Assembly (NCBI GenBank): GCA_019309485.1
Contig: JAFDGC010000002.1
Location: 2,328-66,327 of the forward strand
Length of the DNA stretch: 64,000 nt
Direction of reading: 5' to 3'
Origin: Deltaproteobacteria bacterium
GTDB taxonomy: Bacteria > Desulfobacterota > Desulfobacteria > Desulfobacterales > UBA2156
Position numbers and translations under genes: made by a program. Under the pieces are notes generated by a model, which worked only from the letters and a program-made list of their open reading frames with translations, did no database searches and was not told the origin of the DNA. Below, piece after piece: positions 21,013-29,753 of this stretch (positions are counted from its first letter, which is position 1; each line of letters opens with the position of its first letter).

Positions 21013-22333
21013 CCGCCTGTTTTTTTCCACGAGGGGGCCCCGCTTCGAAAACACGGTTAAAAATGTGGGGGATATACTTTAAATGATAATTCAGGTCAAA
21101 CAGTTCCTCGATTTTTTTCAAGGAAAGGATCCCTGTGATCCGTTTATCTTTTTGTATCAGGCCCTTAAAGTCTTTTTTCCCCCGCCAGGCGTTCATGGCG
21201 TTTTCCTGCACCCACAGGTACGCCTCTTCACGTGAAGCCCCGGCCTCCACCAGCGCCAAGAGTACCTGCTGGGAAAAGATCAACCCCTTGAGGAGATTAA
21301 GGTTGGCTTTCATTTTTTCCGGATAGACAATCAGGTTTTGAATAATCCCGGTCATGCGGTGGAGCATGTAATCGGCTAGGATGGTGCTGTCCGGTGCGAT
21401 GATCCGTTCCACCGAAGAATGGCTGATATCCCGCTCATGCCAAAGACAGACATTCTCCACGGCGGCAAGGGCGTTGGTGCGCAGGAGGCGCGCCAGGCCC
21501 GAAAGGTTTTCGGATCCCACCGGGTTTCGTTTGTGGGGCATGGCCGAAGAGCCTTTTTGGCCCTTGGAGAAATACTCTTCGGCCTCAAGGACTTCCGTGC
21601 GCTGGAGGTGCCGGATTTCCACGGCCATCTTCTCGATGGACGCCCCCGTGATGGCCAGTGCCGCAAAGTATTCGGCATAGCGGTCCCGCTGGATGATCTG
21701 GGTGGATGCCGGAGCCGGCTTGAGACCCAGCTTTTTACACACGTACGCTTCGATCTCCGGCGCGGTGTTGGCGAAGGTTCCCACGGCGCCGGAAATTTTC
21801 CCGTAGCGGATCCCGTTCACCGCATTTTGGATGCGCTTTTTATTGCGCCGCATTTCATCGTACCATACCGCCAGTTTGAGACCGAAGGTGATGGGTTCCG
21901 CATGAATGCCGTGGGATCGTCCCACCATGACCGTGTTTTTGTGTTCGAAGGCCCGTTGCCTGATGGCCTCCAAGAGGGCGTCCATGTCCTTTAGGATGAT
22001 TTTTCCGGCGTCCTTTAAGAGAACGGCCATGCTCGTATCCAGGACGTCCGACGAGGTCATTCCCATGTGGATGTACCGGGCGTCCGGCCCCACGTGTTCC
22101 GCCACATTGGTGGTGAAGGCGATGACGTCGTGTTTGGTTTTTTCCTCGATTTGGGCGATACGTTCTACGGTAAAGTCGGCGTTCTTTTTTATGGTTTTGA
22201 GCGCCCTTCCCGGGATTTTCCCCATCCTGGCCATGGCTTCACAGGCCAAAATTTCCACCTTAAGCCAGGTCCGGTACTTGTTTTCATCGGACCAGAGGGC
22301 CCCCATGGCCGTTCGCGTGTATCGTGAAATCAT
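21002..22333 (-). CDS. purB: adenylosuccinate lyase
   Basis: MISRYTR..M..LWSDE N-terminus and fumarate-lyase signature GSSAMPHKRNP. Confidence 0.93.
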   Translation of the reverse strand: MISRYTRTAMGALWSDENKYRTWLKVEILACEAMARMGKIPGRALKTIKKNADFTVERIAQIEEKTKHDVIAFTTNVAEHVGPDARYIHMGMTSSDVLDTSMAVLLKDAGKIILKDMDALLEAIRQRAFEHKNTVMVGRSHGIHAEPITFGLKLAVWYDEMRRNKKRIQNAVNGIRYGKISGAVGTFANTAPEIEAYVCKKLGLKPAPASTQIIQRDRYAEYFAALAITGASIEKMAVEIRHLQRTEVLEAEEYFSKGQKGSSAMPHKRNPVGSENLSGLARLLRTNALAAVENVCLWHERDISHSSVERIIAPDSTILADYMLHRMTGIIQNLIVYPEKMKANLNLLKGLIFSQQVLLALVEAGASREEAYLWVQENAMNAWRGKKDFKGLIQKDKRITGILSLKKIEELFDLNYHLKYIPHIFNRVFEAGPPRGKKQADGV

Positions 22334-22442
22334 TTCGCTTTCTTTTCCTTAATTCGGGTTCAGACAAGGGCCTGGATATCCGAAACCCTCGGGGGTGTCA
22401 ACCGTCGGGAGCCACCCTTCGCTTCGGGCACCGGTACGCCTT

Positions 22443-23903
22443 TCATTCGAAAATCAGCTTGCTGTCCCCGGGAACCATGACGGAAGAAGGTTCAATGTGA
22501 ATGGCACACTCGTGCCGGGACTCGATTTCCAGGATCTCTTTGCGTTTCTTGTTGAGCAGGTAAGCCGCCACCTCAGGAGGGAGGAGGGCGCGGATGCAGC
22601 CGCATTTTTCTTTGAGGCTGTCCAGCTGAAGTTTCCGCAAAAATCTTAAGCCCAGCGTCTCCACCGACGGGGTGATCCCCCGGCCGTGGCAATATTTGCA
22701 GGGCTCGTAACTCGTGTATTCGATGGAGGGCCGGACCCGCTGACGGGTCATTTCCAAAAGGCCGAACTTGGAAATGCGGCCCAGGTTGGTTCGCGCCCTG
22801 TCGGCCTTCAGATGGCTTTTCAACGTGCGTTCCACCTGGAGCTTGTGCTTGGCCTCGCGCATGTCGATGAAGTCGATGACGATAAGCCCTCCCAAATCCC
22901 GCAGGCGGAGTTGCCGGGCGATCTCTTCGGCGGCTTCCAGGTTGGTCTGCAGCGCGGTCTGCTCGATGCTCTTTTTTTGGGTGGCTTTTCCGGAATTGAC
23001 ATCCACCGCCACCAGAGCCTCTGTTTGACTGATGACGATGGATCCTCCCGACTTCAGGTTCACGCGGCTTTCAAAGATGGAAGCGATTTGATCTTCCAGC
23101 TCGTCCATGGCGAGGATCGGCTCGGGGCCCTTGTGCAGTTTGACGATATTCCCCTGACGGACCGAGACCATTTTGAGGAAATCCCTGACTTCGTGGAACG
23201 CGGTTTCGTCGTCCACCACGATTTCGGTGACATCCGATGTGAAATGATCCCGGATGGACCGATACACCAAATTCCGTTCCTTGTACAACAGGGCCGGTGC
23301 TTTGCTGTTGATCCCCTTTTTCTTGATGTTTTTCCACAACCGGAGCAGGTATCCCAGGTCTTTGTTCAAAACGGTTTTGGTGCAATCGGTTCCGGCGGTG
23401 CGAACGATCAGGCCGAAGCCTTCGGGGACTTTCAGCTTGTCCACCAGTTCCCGAATCCGATTCCGTTCCGTCTCGTCCTCGATTTTTCGGGAAATCCCCC
23501 GGGTCATGCTTCCGGGCATCAGCACGAGATGCCGCCCAGGAAGGGAAATATAAGTGGTCAGGAGAGCCCCTTTGTGGGCGGAAGGATCCTTGGTGACCTG
23601 AACCAGGAGTTCTTGGCCTCGCTTGACGAGGTTGGCGATGGAACGGTTTCCGGTGTCAATGTCCTGAAAATAATCGCTGTGGATTTCGTGTTTCTGTAAA
23701 AACCCGTGACGTTCCGCCCCGAATTCCACGAAAACCGCCTGCAGGCTCGGGACGACCCGGGACACGACGCCCTTGTAAATGTTTCCTTGAATCGTTTCCC
23801 GGGAGGCGCTTTCAATGTAAAAATCTTCCAGCTTCCCGTTTTTCACCTTGGCGATGCGGTATTCCTCGGGATCCAGGACGTTCATCAGGATTTTGGTACT
23901 CAT
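22443..23903 (-). CDS. rng: ribonuclease G/E family endoribonuclease
   Basis: N-terminal S1 domain GNIYKGVVSRVVPSLQAVFVEFG; VDVNSGK motif; 486 aa fits RNase G length. Confidence 0.87.
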   Translation of the reverse strand: MSTKILMNVLDPEEYRIAKVKNGKLEDFYIESASRETIQGNIYKGVVSRVVPSLQAVFVEFGAERHGFLQKHEIHSDYFQDIDTGNRSIANLVKRGQELLVQVTKDPSAHKGALLTTYISLPGRHLVLMPGSMTRGISRKIEDETERNRIRELVDKLKVPEGFGLIVRTAGTDCTKTVLNKDLGYLLRLWKNIKKKGINSKAPALLYKERNLVYRSIRDHFTSDVTEIVVDDETAFHEVRDFLKMVSVRQGNIVKLHKGPEPILAMDELEDQIASIFESRVNLKSGGSIVISQTEALVAVDVNSGKATQKKSIEQTALQTNLEAAEEIARQLRLRDLGGLIVIDFIDMREAKHKLQVERTLKSHLKADRARTNLGRISKFGLLEMTRQRVRPSIEYTSYEPCKYCHGRGITPSVETLGLRFLRKLQLDSLKEKCGCIRALLPPEVAAYLLNKKRKEILEIESRHECAIHIEPSSVMVPGDSKLIFE

Positions 23904-24208
23904 ATGGATGACTTCCTTTGCAATATAAAAAGAGATTTTTTTCAGATAAAACTACCATAAATCGATCAATTTAGGACTACCATAGTCGCGATTCACCAAG
24001 AAATCAATGCGGGAATGGGATCCGATCCCGTTCAGTTCTTTGTCCCGTTCCCTTGACCCTTATACGGTAAGAAGGAAACGGGGACTTCAAAGCCTGTTGA
24101 CTTTCAAAGGGGTTCCCGCGTACGATTTGCCGACGGGTTGTGTTTTACCTGTATCCACGGCTGGGTCGCCGTTGTTGGGAGAACCCTTCACTGGAATGCT
24201 TCCCCAAA

Positions 24209-24229
24209 GCCCCGCCTTACAGGGCGGGG
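24209..24229. repeat. REP-like palindromic element, copy 2a (core only)
   Basis: GCCCCGCCTTACAGGGCGGGG. Confidence 0.55.
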
Positions 24230-24267
24230 TTAAGGGATGCGACCGGGAAACGGGCATCTTTCTTACC

Positions 24268-24302
24268 GTGGAGCCCCGCCCTTAACGGTGGTTACGGTCC
24301 AC
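24268..24302. repeat. REP-like palindromic element, copy 2b (diverged)
   Basis: GTGGAGCCCCGCCCTTAACGGTGGTTACGGTCCAC; its outer arms GTGGA / TCCAC match the family. Confidence 0.5.
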
Positions 24303-24370
24303 AAAGGATCTTTGATCCGGGCGGGCCATAGAGAGAAAGCGGTCAGACGCAAAGGAAAAGGAGACGGAAA

Positions 24371-25645
24371 ATGAATCGGCAATCTCCGGGGTACCGGTGG
24401 TTCATCTTCTGGATCATCGCGTTGGGGTATGTCTTGGTCTATTTTCACCGCCTGTGTCCGGCTGTCGTGGCGGTGGATATGATGCGGGATCTTCAGGCGG
24501 GAGGGGCGCTGATCGGGTTCTTGGGGGCGGCCTATTTTTATCCCTATGCCCTCATGCAACTTCCCGCCGGACTCTTGTCCGATTCCTGGGGGCCCCGGAA
24601 AACCATCACGTTTTTTTTCATTGTGGCCTTCCTGGGATCCTTGCTCCTGGGGATGGCGTCCTCGGTTTCCTGGGCTATCATCGGTCGCACCCTGGTGGGA
24701 TTCGGGGTGGCCATGCTCTTTGTGCCGGCCATGAAAATTCTGGCGGAATGGTTCACCAAAAAGGAGTTCGCCTTCATGACCGGAATCCTGATGGCCATGG
24801 GGGGGATCGGATCCTTGACTGCGGCCACTCCCCTGGCCCTTTTAAGCGCCGCCATCGGGTGGCGCATGTCCTTTGTGGCGGTGGGGGGGCTCACCCTCCT
24901 GCTGGCCCTTTTCGTATGGCTTTTCGTCCAGGATCGTCCCGATTCCGAAAATGATGTGACCCTCGCCGAAAAACGTGCCGAAGGCCCGGATGTCATCGGC
25001 CTGGTGGAAGGGATCCGGAGGGTGGTGAAAACCCCGGCGTTTTGGCCCCTTGCCGTATGGTTTTTTTTCGATTGCGCCGTATTCTTTTCCTTCGGCGGCC
25101 TCTGGGGCGGTCCTTACCTGATGCACCTTTACGGGCTGAGCCGGGATCAGGCCGGCGGCATCCTCTCCATGCTGGCGGTGGGGATGATCATCGGAAGCCC
25201 GTTTTTAAGCTTTATTTCCAGTTCGGTCTTTAAGGCCCGAAAGCCCGTCATTGTCTTGTCCAGCGTTCTGGTGTTGATCGGCACGGCCTTCCTTGCATTT
25301 ACACCGGATCGCATCCCCTTGTTGGGGCTCTATGGGCTTTGCCTCCTCTTGGGCGTCTTTTCCAGTGCCATTGTGGTGATCGGGTTTACGGCCAACAAGG
25401 AACTTTTTCCCATCAAAATCGCCGGTACGGCGACCGGGCTGGTGAATCTTTTTCCTTTTGCCGGCGGTGCCGTCTTCCAACCCATCCTGGGATACACCCT
25501 GGAACGCTACGGCCGCGTGGGAGGGGACGCCTTCACGGTGCAAGGATACAGCGGGGCGTTTACCATTCTTTTTATCTGCGCGGTCATCGCTTCTCTCTCG
25601 AGTCTTTTCATCAAGGAAACCCTGGGCCGAAAAGACGAGGCTTGA
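24371..25645 (+). CDS. MFS transporter
   Basis: 424 aa, about 12 TM; LPAGLLSDSWGPRK loop motif typical of MFS. Confidence 0.82.
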   Translation: MNRQSPGYRWFIFWIIALGYVLVYFHRLCPAVVAVDMMRDLQAGGALIGFLGAAYFYPYALMQLPAGLLSDSWGPRKTITFFFIVAFLGSLLLGMASSVSWAIIGRTLVGFGVAMLFVPAMKILAEWFTKKEFAFMTGILMAMGGIGSLTAATPLALLSAAIGWRMSFVAVGGLTLLLALFVWLFVQDRPDSENDVTLAEKRAEGPDVIGLVEGIRRVVKTPAFWPLAVWFFFDCAVFFSFGGLWGGPYLMHLYGLSRDQAGGILSMLAVGMIIGSPFLSFISSSVFKARKPVIVLSSVLVLIGTAFLAFTPDRIPLLGLYGLCLLLGVFSSAIVVIGFTANKELFPIKIAGTATGLVNLFPFAGGAVFQPILGYTLERYGRVGGDAFTVQGYSGAFTILFICAVIASLSSLFIKETLGRKDEA

Positions 25646-25701
25646 AAGACCCGCCCGTCCGGATCGATTTTTTCTTGACTTCCCCGCCGGGAGTGATGTA
25701 G

Positions 25702-25723
25702 TCACATTATAGTTAGAATGTGA
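25702..25723. promoter_or_regulatory. operator-like palindrome in an AT-rich spacer upstream of the ACT-domain operon
   Basis: TCACATT-N8-AATGTGA perfect 7-bp arms; it overlaps a TATAGT hexamer at 25708-25713. Confidence 0.3.
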
Positions 25724-25920
25724 TTAACCGCCGAAGCCCTTTAAGAGTCTAACTTCTCAATATTCATATAAATATAGTCTTTTGGAACGTCTGGGGGCTC
25801 CGGGAGAAAACGGACGATTTGCATACGGCGGATGTCAGGGTGCGCGCTTTGTCCGGCCCGTGAAAAATGGATCCCATGGGATTCGAGGCCCAGCGCATAC
25901 CGTAAAAGAGGGGGTGACCC

Positions 25921-26367
25921 ATGAAACTCAAGCAGGTGTCCATTTCCATCGAGAATTCTCCGGCACGGCTTTACGAAGTCACCAAGGCCCTGGGAGATGC
26001 AGGGATCAATCTCAGGGCCCTGACGCTGGTGGAATCGGGCGCGGGGTTCGGGCTATTGCGGCTCCTCGTTTCCGACGTGGCCACCACACGGCGGATTCTG
26101 ATGAAAAAGCATATTCCGGCCCAGGTGAATGATGTGGTGGCCGCTGAAATGGAGGATAAACCCGGAAGTTTGGCCCGGATGCTCAAGCACCTCCTGGATG
26201 CCAAGATCCACACGATTTACATGTACGCCTTTACGGGTTTTTCATCCGAGAAGGCGGTCATGATTTTTCGTTTTACGGACAACGACAAAGCCGTTGAGGT
26301 TCTCCGGAAAAAAGGGGTCCAGGTCCTGGATGCCCAGACGTTCGGGATGCTGGAGGCGGAAAGCTGA
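25921..26367 (+). CDS. tandem ACT-domain protein
   Basis: 148 aa; SISIENSPARLYEVTKALGDAGINL and a second ACT-like half. Confidence 0.75.
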   Translation: MKLKQVSISIENSPARLYEVTKALGDAGINLRALTLVESGAGFGLLRLLVSDVATTRRILMKKHIPAQVNDVVAAEMEDKPGSLARMLKHLLDAKIHTIYMYAFTGFSSEKAVMIFRFTDNDKAVEVLRKKGVQVLDAQTFGMLEAES

Positions 26368-26373
26368 CGCCAA

Positions 26374-26432
26374 TGAACCGTAACAGCGAGCGCATTCCCC
26401 GCAGGTTCTGCCTGACGGCAGTGCTTCGCGGG
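26374..26432 (+). repeat. 59-nt repeat, copy A
   Basis: TGAACCGTAACAGCGAGCGCATTCCCCGCAGGTTCTGCCTGACGGCAGTGCTTCGCGGG matches the reverse complement of 48886-48944 at 55 of 59 positions. Confidence 0.85.
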
Positions 26433-26563
26433 CTGCAGGGAGGCTTCAATACCGGGGGTTTGCCTGGGATCCTAGAAGTGGTTTCAAAACCCCACCTGAG
26501 GCCCAATGGCTGCGTTGCAGGCCTCCGGGGAAGCGGCGGAAGTGGCGCCGGAAAGGAAGGGAA

Positions 26564-27511
26564 ATGAAAAACCAGACGACATTCGAGCCGCGCACTTTCG
26601 GGGTTATCGGTGCCGGACCGGTGGGATGCATCGTGGCGGCCTTCCTGGCAAGGGGGGGGTATGATGTGGCGTTGTGCGACGTCATCCCGGATCTCGTGGC
26701 GCCGGCAGCCGACCGGGGCATTATCATCGAAGGGGCGGAAACCCTCACCCAGCGGGTAAAGCAAACCTGCACCAGCGTGGATGAACTGGCCGGAATGGAT
26801 TGTGACGTGATTTTTATCACCGTTAAAGCCAACGCCCTTCCCCTCATCGTGTCGGCCATCGAAGATTTCCATCAGGAAGGAATGGTCGTGGTGAGCTGGC
26901 AAAACGGCATCGATACGGAGTTGGAGATCGCCGGGGTTCTGGGGAAAAACGCCTCCATGCGGGCGGTGGTCAATTACGGGTGCGGGCTGGCGGGGCCGGC
27001 CCATGTCAAAATGGCCTTCCATCATCCGCCCCATTTTATCCAGGAGCTTGATCCCGTCGCCAGGGAAGCTGCCGTGGCCATCGCCGGGGCGTTGACCCGG
27101 GGAGGCCTCGAAACCCGGCACACGGACCAGATCGTCTCCATGGTCTGGCGCAAGAGCATTATGAACGCTTCCATGAACCCGGTCTGCGCCGTCACCGGCT
27201 TGACCATGGCACAAGCCATGAACGATCCCATTATCTTTAACATCGTCGACGCCCTCGTGAAGGAATGCATCCAGGTGGCCCGTGCCAATGAAATTCCCCT
27301 GGGATGGGAATACTACACCCACGCCATGGATTACATGGGGCACGCCGGAGACCACAAACCCTCCATGTTGATGGATATCGAAAACCAGCGCCGCACCGAG
27401 ATCGATTTCATCAACGGCAAGTTCGTGGAATACGGGGACCGGGCCGGTATTCCAACGCCTTACAACACCACGTTGCGGTCTTTGGTCAAAGGTTTGGAGT
27501 CCAGATTTTAA
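26564..27511 (+). CDS. 2-dehydropantoate 2-reductase family (ApbA/PanE-like) oxidoreductase
   Basis: FGVIGAGPVGCIVAAFLARGG Rossmann motif; ...PSMLMDIENQRRTEIDFINGKFV is a KPR C-terminal-domain signature. Confidence 0.8.
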   Translation: MKNQTTFEPRTFGVIGAGPVGCIVAAFLARGGYDVALCDVIPDLVAPAADRGIIIEGAETLTQRVKQTCTSVDELAGMDCDVIFITVKANALPLIVSAIEDFHQEGMVVVSWQNGIDTELEIAGVLGKNASMRAVVNYGCGLAGPAHVKMAFHHPPHFIQELDPVAREAAVAIAGALTRGGLETRHTDQIVSMVWRKSIMNASMNPVCAVTGLTMAQAMNDPIIFNIVDALVKECIQVARANEIPLGWEYYTHAMDYMGHAGDHKPSMLMDIENQRRTEIDFINGKFVEYGDRAGIPTPYNTTLRSLVKGLESRF

Positions 27512-27563
27512 CCCTACCTGGGCATCTTTTTGGATTGGAATCGATGTGCGGACAAAGGAAGCC

Positions 27564-28394
27564 ATGAGCCCTCCACCGGCAAAGAACGCGGAAGCATCAC
27601 CCCTTTTCGTGGGCGTGGATGTGGGATCTTCCCGGACAAAAGTGGCGATCCTGGACGCGGCGCTGAACCTGATCGGTTACGATGTGCGGAAATCGGGGAC
27701 GGATTTTTCCTTGACGGCGGATGCGTGTCTGAAAAGAGCCCTGGGCATGGCGGGGCGAAAATCCGAAGACGTAGTCCACACCATCTCCACGGGGTACGGG
27801 CGAAAGAACGTGGCCTTTTCCAGGGAAACCCGCACCGAGATCGGCTGTCACGGAAAAGGGTGTTATCACTATTTCCCCCGGGCGGTTACGATCATCGATA
27901 TCGGGGGTCAGGACAATAAAATCATCAAGCTGGATGATGGAGGGCGCCGGCTCAGTTTCAAGATGAACCGCAAGTGTGCCGCCGGTACCGGCGCATTCCT
28001 GGAAGAAATGTCCGCCCGCCTGGACATTCCGCTGGAAGACATGGACGGCCTTGCCAGAAAGTCCAATGACATGGTGAAGCTCGGGAGTTTCTGCACCGTC
28101 TTTTCGGCCACGGAGGTTTTGGAAAATATTCGTGGGGGGAAAAAGATCGAGGACATCGTCAAAGGGCTCTTTTATTCGGTGATCAAACGGGTCCTGGAGA
28201 TGGATTCAATGACCGAAAATGTGGTCATGACCGGAGGCGTGGTGGCGCACAACCCCTATCTGGTGCAGATGACCGAAGAACAGATCGGACGGCCCGTCCT
28301 GATACCCCCGCATCCTCAGTTGACCGGGGCCGTCGGCGCCGCTCTCTATGCACTGGAAGCCGTGCAGGCGGGTGCCGCGGAGGAAAACAACTGA
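27564..28394 (+). CDS. BcrAD/BadFG/HgdC-type ATPase (acyl-CoA dehydratase/reductase activase)
   Basis: VGVDVGSSRTKVAILD, IIDIGGQDNKII, CAAGTGAFLE, VMTGGVAHNPYL: ASKHA-fold activase motifs. Confidence 0.82.
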   Translation: MSPPPAKNAEASPLFVGVDVGSSRTKVAILDAALNLIGYDVRKSGTDFSLTADACLKRALGMAGRKSEDVVHTISTGYGRKNVAFSRETRTEIGCHGKGCYHYFPRAVTIIDIGGQDNKIIKLDDGGRRLSFKMNRKCAAGTGAFLEEMSARLDIPLEDMDGLARKSNDMVKLGSFCTVFSATEVLENIRGGKKIEDIVKGLFYSVIKRVLEMDSMTENVVMTGGVVAHNPYLVQMTEEQIGRPVLIPPHPQLTGAVGAALYALEAVQAGAAEENN

Positions 28395-28477
28395 TCGCCG
28401 GTCGCACCGGTCGTGTTTTTATTCCACGGCGCGGCTGTCCGACGCCGGATCATTAAATACAGGGAAGGAAGGAAAGA

Positions 28478-29725
28478 ATGACACAGGAAAAAGAAATCGT
28501 GATTCGGCGGTTAAAAACCGCCAAGGATTTGGGAAAGTTCATGGCCGATTATTATTATGAGTTGGATGACGCCGCCAAGTCCGGAAAGAAAAAGGTCGCT
28601 TGGTGCACCAGTGTCGGACCGGCCGAAATCCTGAGAGGCATGGGATTCTTGACCTATTTTCCCGAAACCCATTCCGCCATGTTGGGAACCACCCGAATGG
28701 CTTCGGACCTGATTCCCAAGGCCAACGCCATCGGGTATTCGCCGGACATCTGTTCCTATCTCACCGCAGATATCGGTGCCTTTTTAGAAGGGGTGACGCC
28801 GTTGTCCCGGGCGTTTCCGGGCATCGAGAGCGTTCCGAAGCCGGATGTCCTGGTGTACAATACGAACCAGTGCCGGGATGTGCAGGACTGGTTTGCCTGG
28901 TACGCGGATCGCTTCGATGTTCCCCTGGTGGGAGTGGAAACCTACCGGAACGTTCCGGAGGTGACCCCGGCCCATATCACGTCCATTGCCAGACAAATGG
29001 AAAACATCGTGGAGCCTCTGGAAAAGGTGGCCGGCCGGAAGCTGGACATGGACGAATTCAAGAATGCCGTGGCCCTTTCCCGGGAGTGCTCGGATCTTTG
29101 GGAGAAATGCCTGGCGGCTGCCTCCGCAGTCCCGTCTCCTCTGACCTTCTTCGACGGGACCACCCTCATGGGGCCCGCGGTGGTGGGGCGGGGAACCCGG
29201 AAAGCCATTGATGCCTATAATCTGCTCCTGGAAGAACTGGAAGAACGGATCTCTCAAGGGATCGGCGCCATCGAAAACGAGCGGTATCGGCTCTACTGGG
29301 AAGGAATGCCCATCTGGGGGCGGTTGAGCATGCACTCCAAGCTCTTTGCGGGACTCAACGCCAATGTCATCGCCTCCACCTACTGCAGCAGTTGGATCTT
29401 CACCGCCCTGGATCCGGCCGATCCATTTGAAAGCATGGCCCGGGCCTACACGGAGCTTTTTATCGTCCGATCCGACGATTACAAGGAAGAATACATCAAG
29501 AACAAACTGGAATTCTTCAAGTGCGACGGCATCATCTATCATGACGCCAAGACCTGCCCCAACAACACCAATTGCCGGTACGGGATGCCCCAGCGACTGG
29601 AGAAGAGGGCAGGCATGCCAAGCCTGGTCATCAACGGGGATCTCAATGACCTCAGGATGCTGTCGGACGAACAGACCAAGACCAACGTGGAAGCCTTCAT
29701 CGAGCAACTGGAAGAGCGCAAATAG
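28478..29725 (+). CDS. 2-hydroxyacyl-CoA dehydratase / benzoyl-CoA reductase B-C family protein, single subunit
   Basis: 415 aa; KKVAWCTSVGPAEILRGMG, SPDICSY, YHDAKTCPNNTNC match the HgdA/B-BcrB/C family; no second subunit gene adjacent. Confidence 0.72.
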   Translation: MTQEKEIVIRRLKTAKDLGKFMADYYYELDDAAKSGKKKVAWCTSVGPAEILRGMGFLTYFPETHSAMLGTTRMASDLIPKANAIGYSPDICSYLTADIGAFLEGVTPLSRAFPGIESVPKPDVLVYNTNQCRDVQDWFAWYADRFDVPLVGVETYRNVPEVTPAHITSIARQMENIVEPLEKVAGRKLDMDEFKNAVALSRECSDLWEKCLAAASAVPSPLTFFDGTTLMGPAVVGRGTRKAIDAYNLLLEELEERISQGIGAIENERYRLYWEGMPIWGRLSMHSKLFAGLNANVIASTYCSSWIFTALDPADPFESMARAYTELFIVRSDDYKEEYIKNKLEFFKCDGIIYHDAKTCPNNTNCRYGMPQRLEKRAGMPSLVINGDLNDLRMLSDEQTKTNVEAFIEQLEERK

Positions 29726-29753
29726 GCATCGGTGGAGAAGGGGAGGAAAAGTT

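Noticed and set aside
26505-26520. Sigma-54-like TGGC...TTGCA upstream of the PanE-like gene.
   Set aside because: The GG to GC spacing is three nt shorter than the canonical -24/-12 arrangement.
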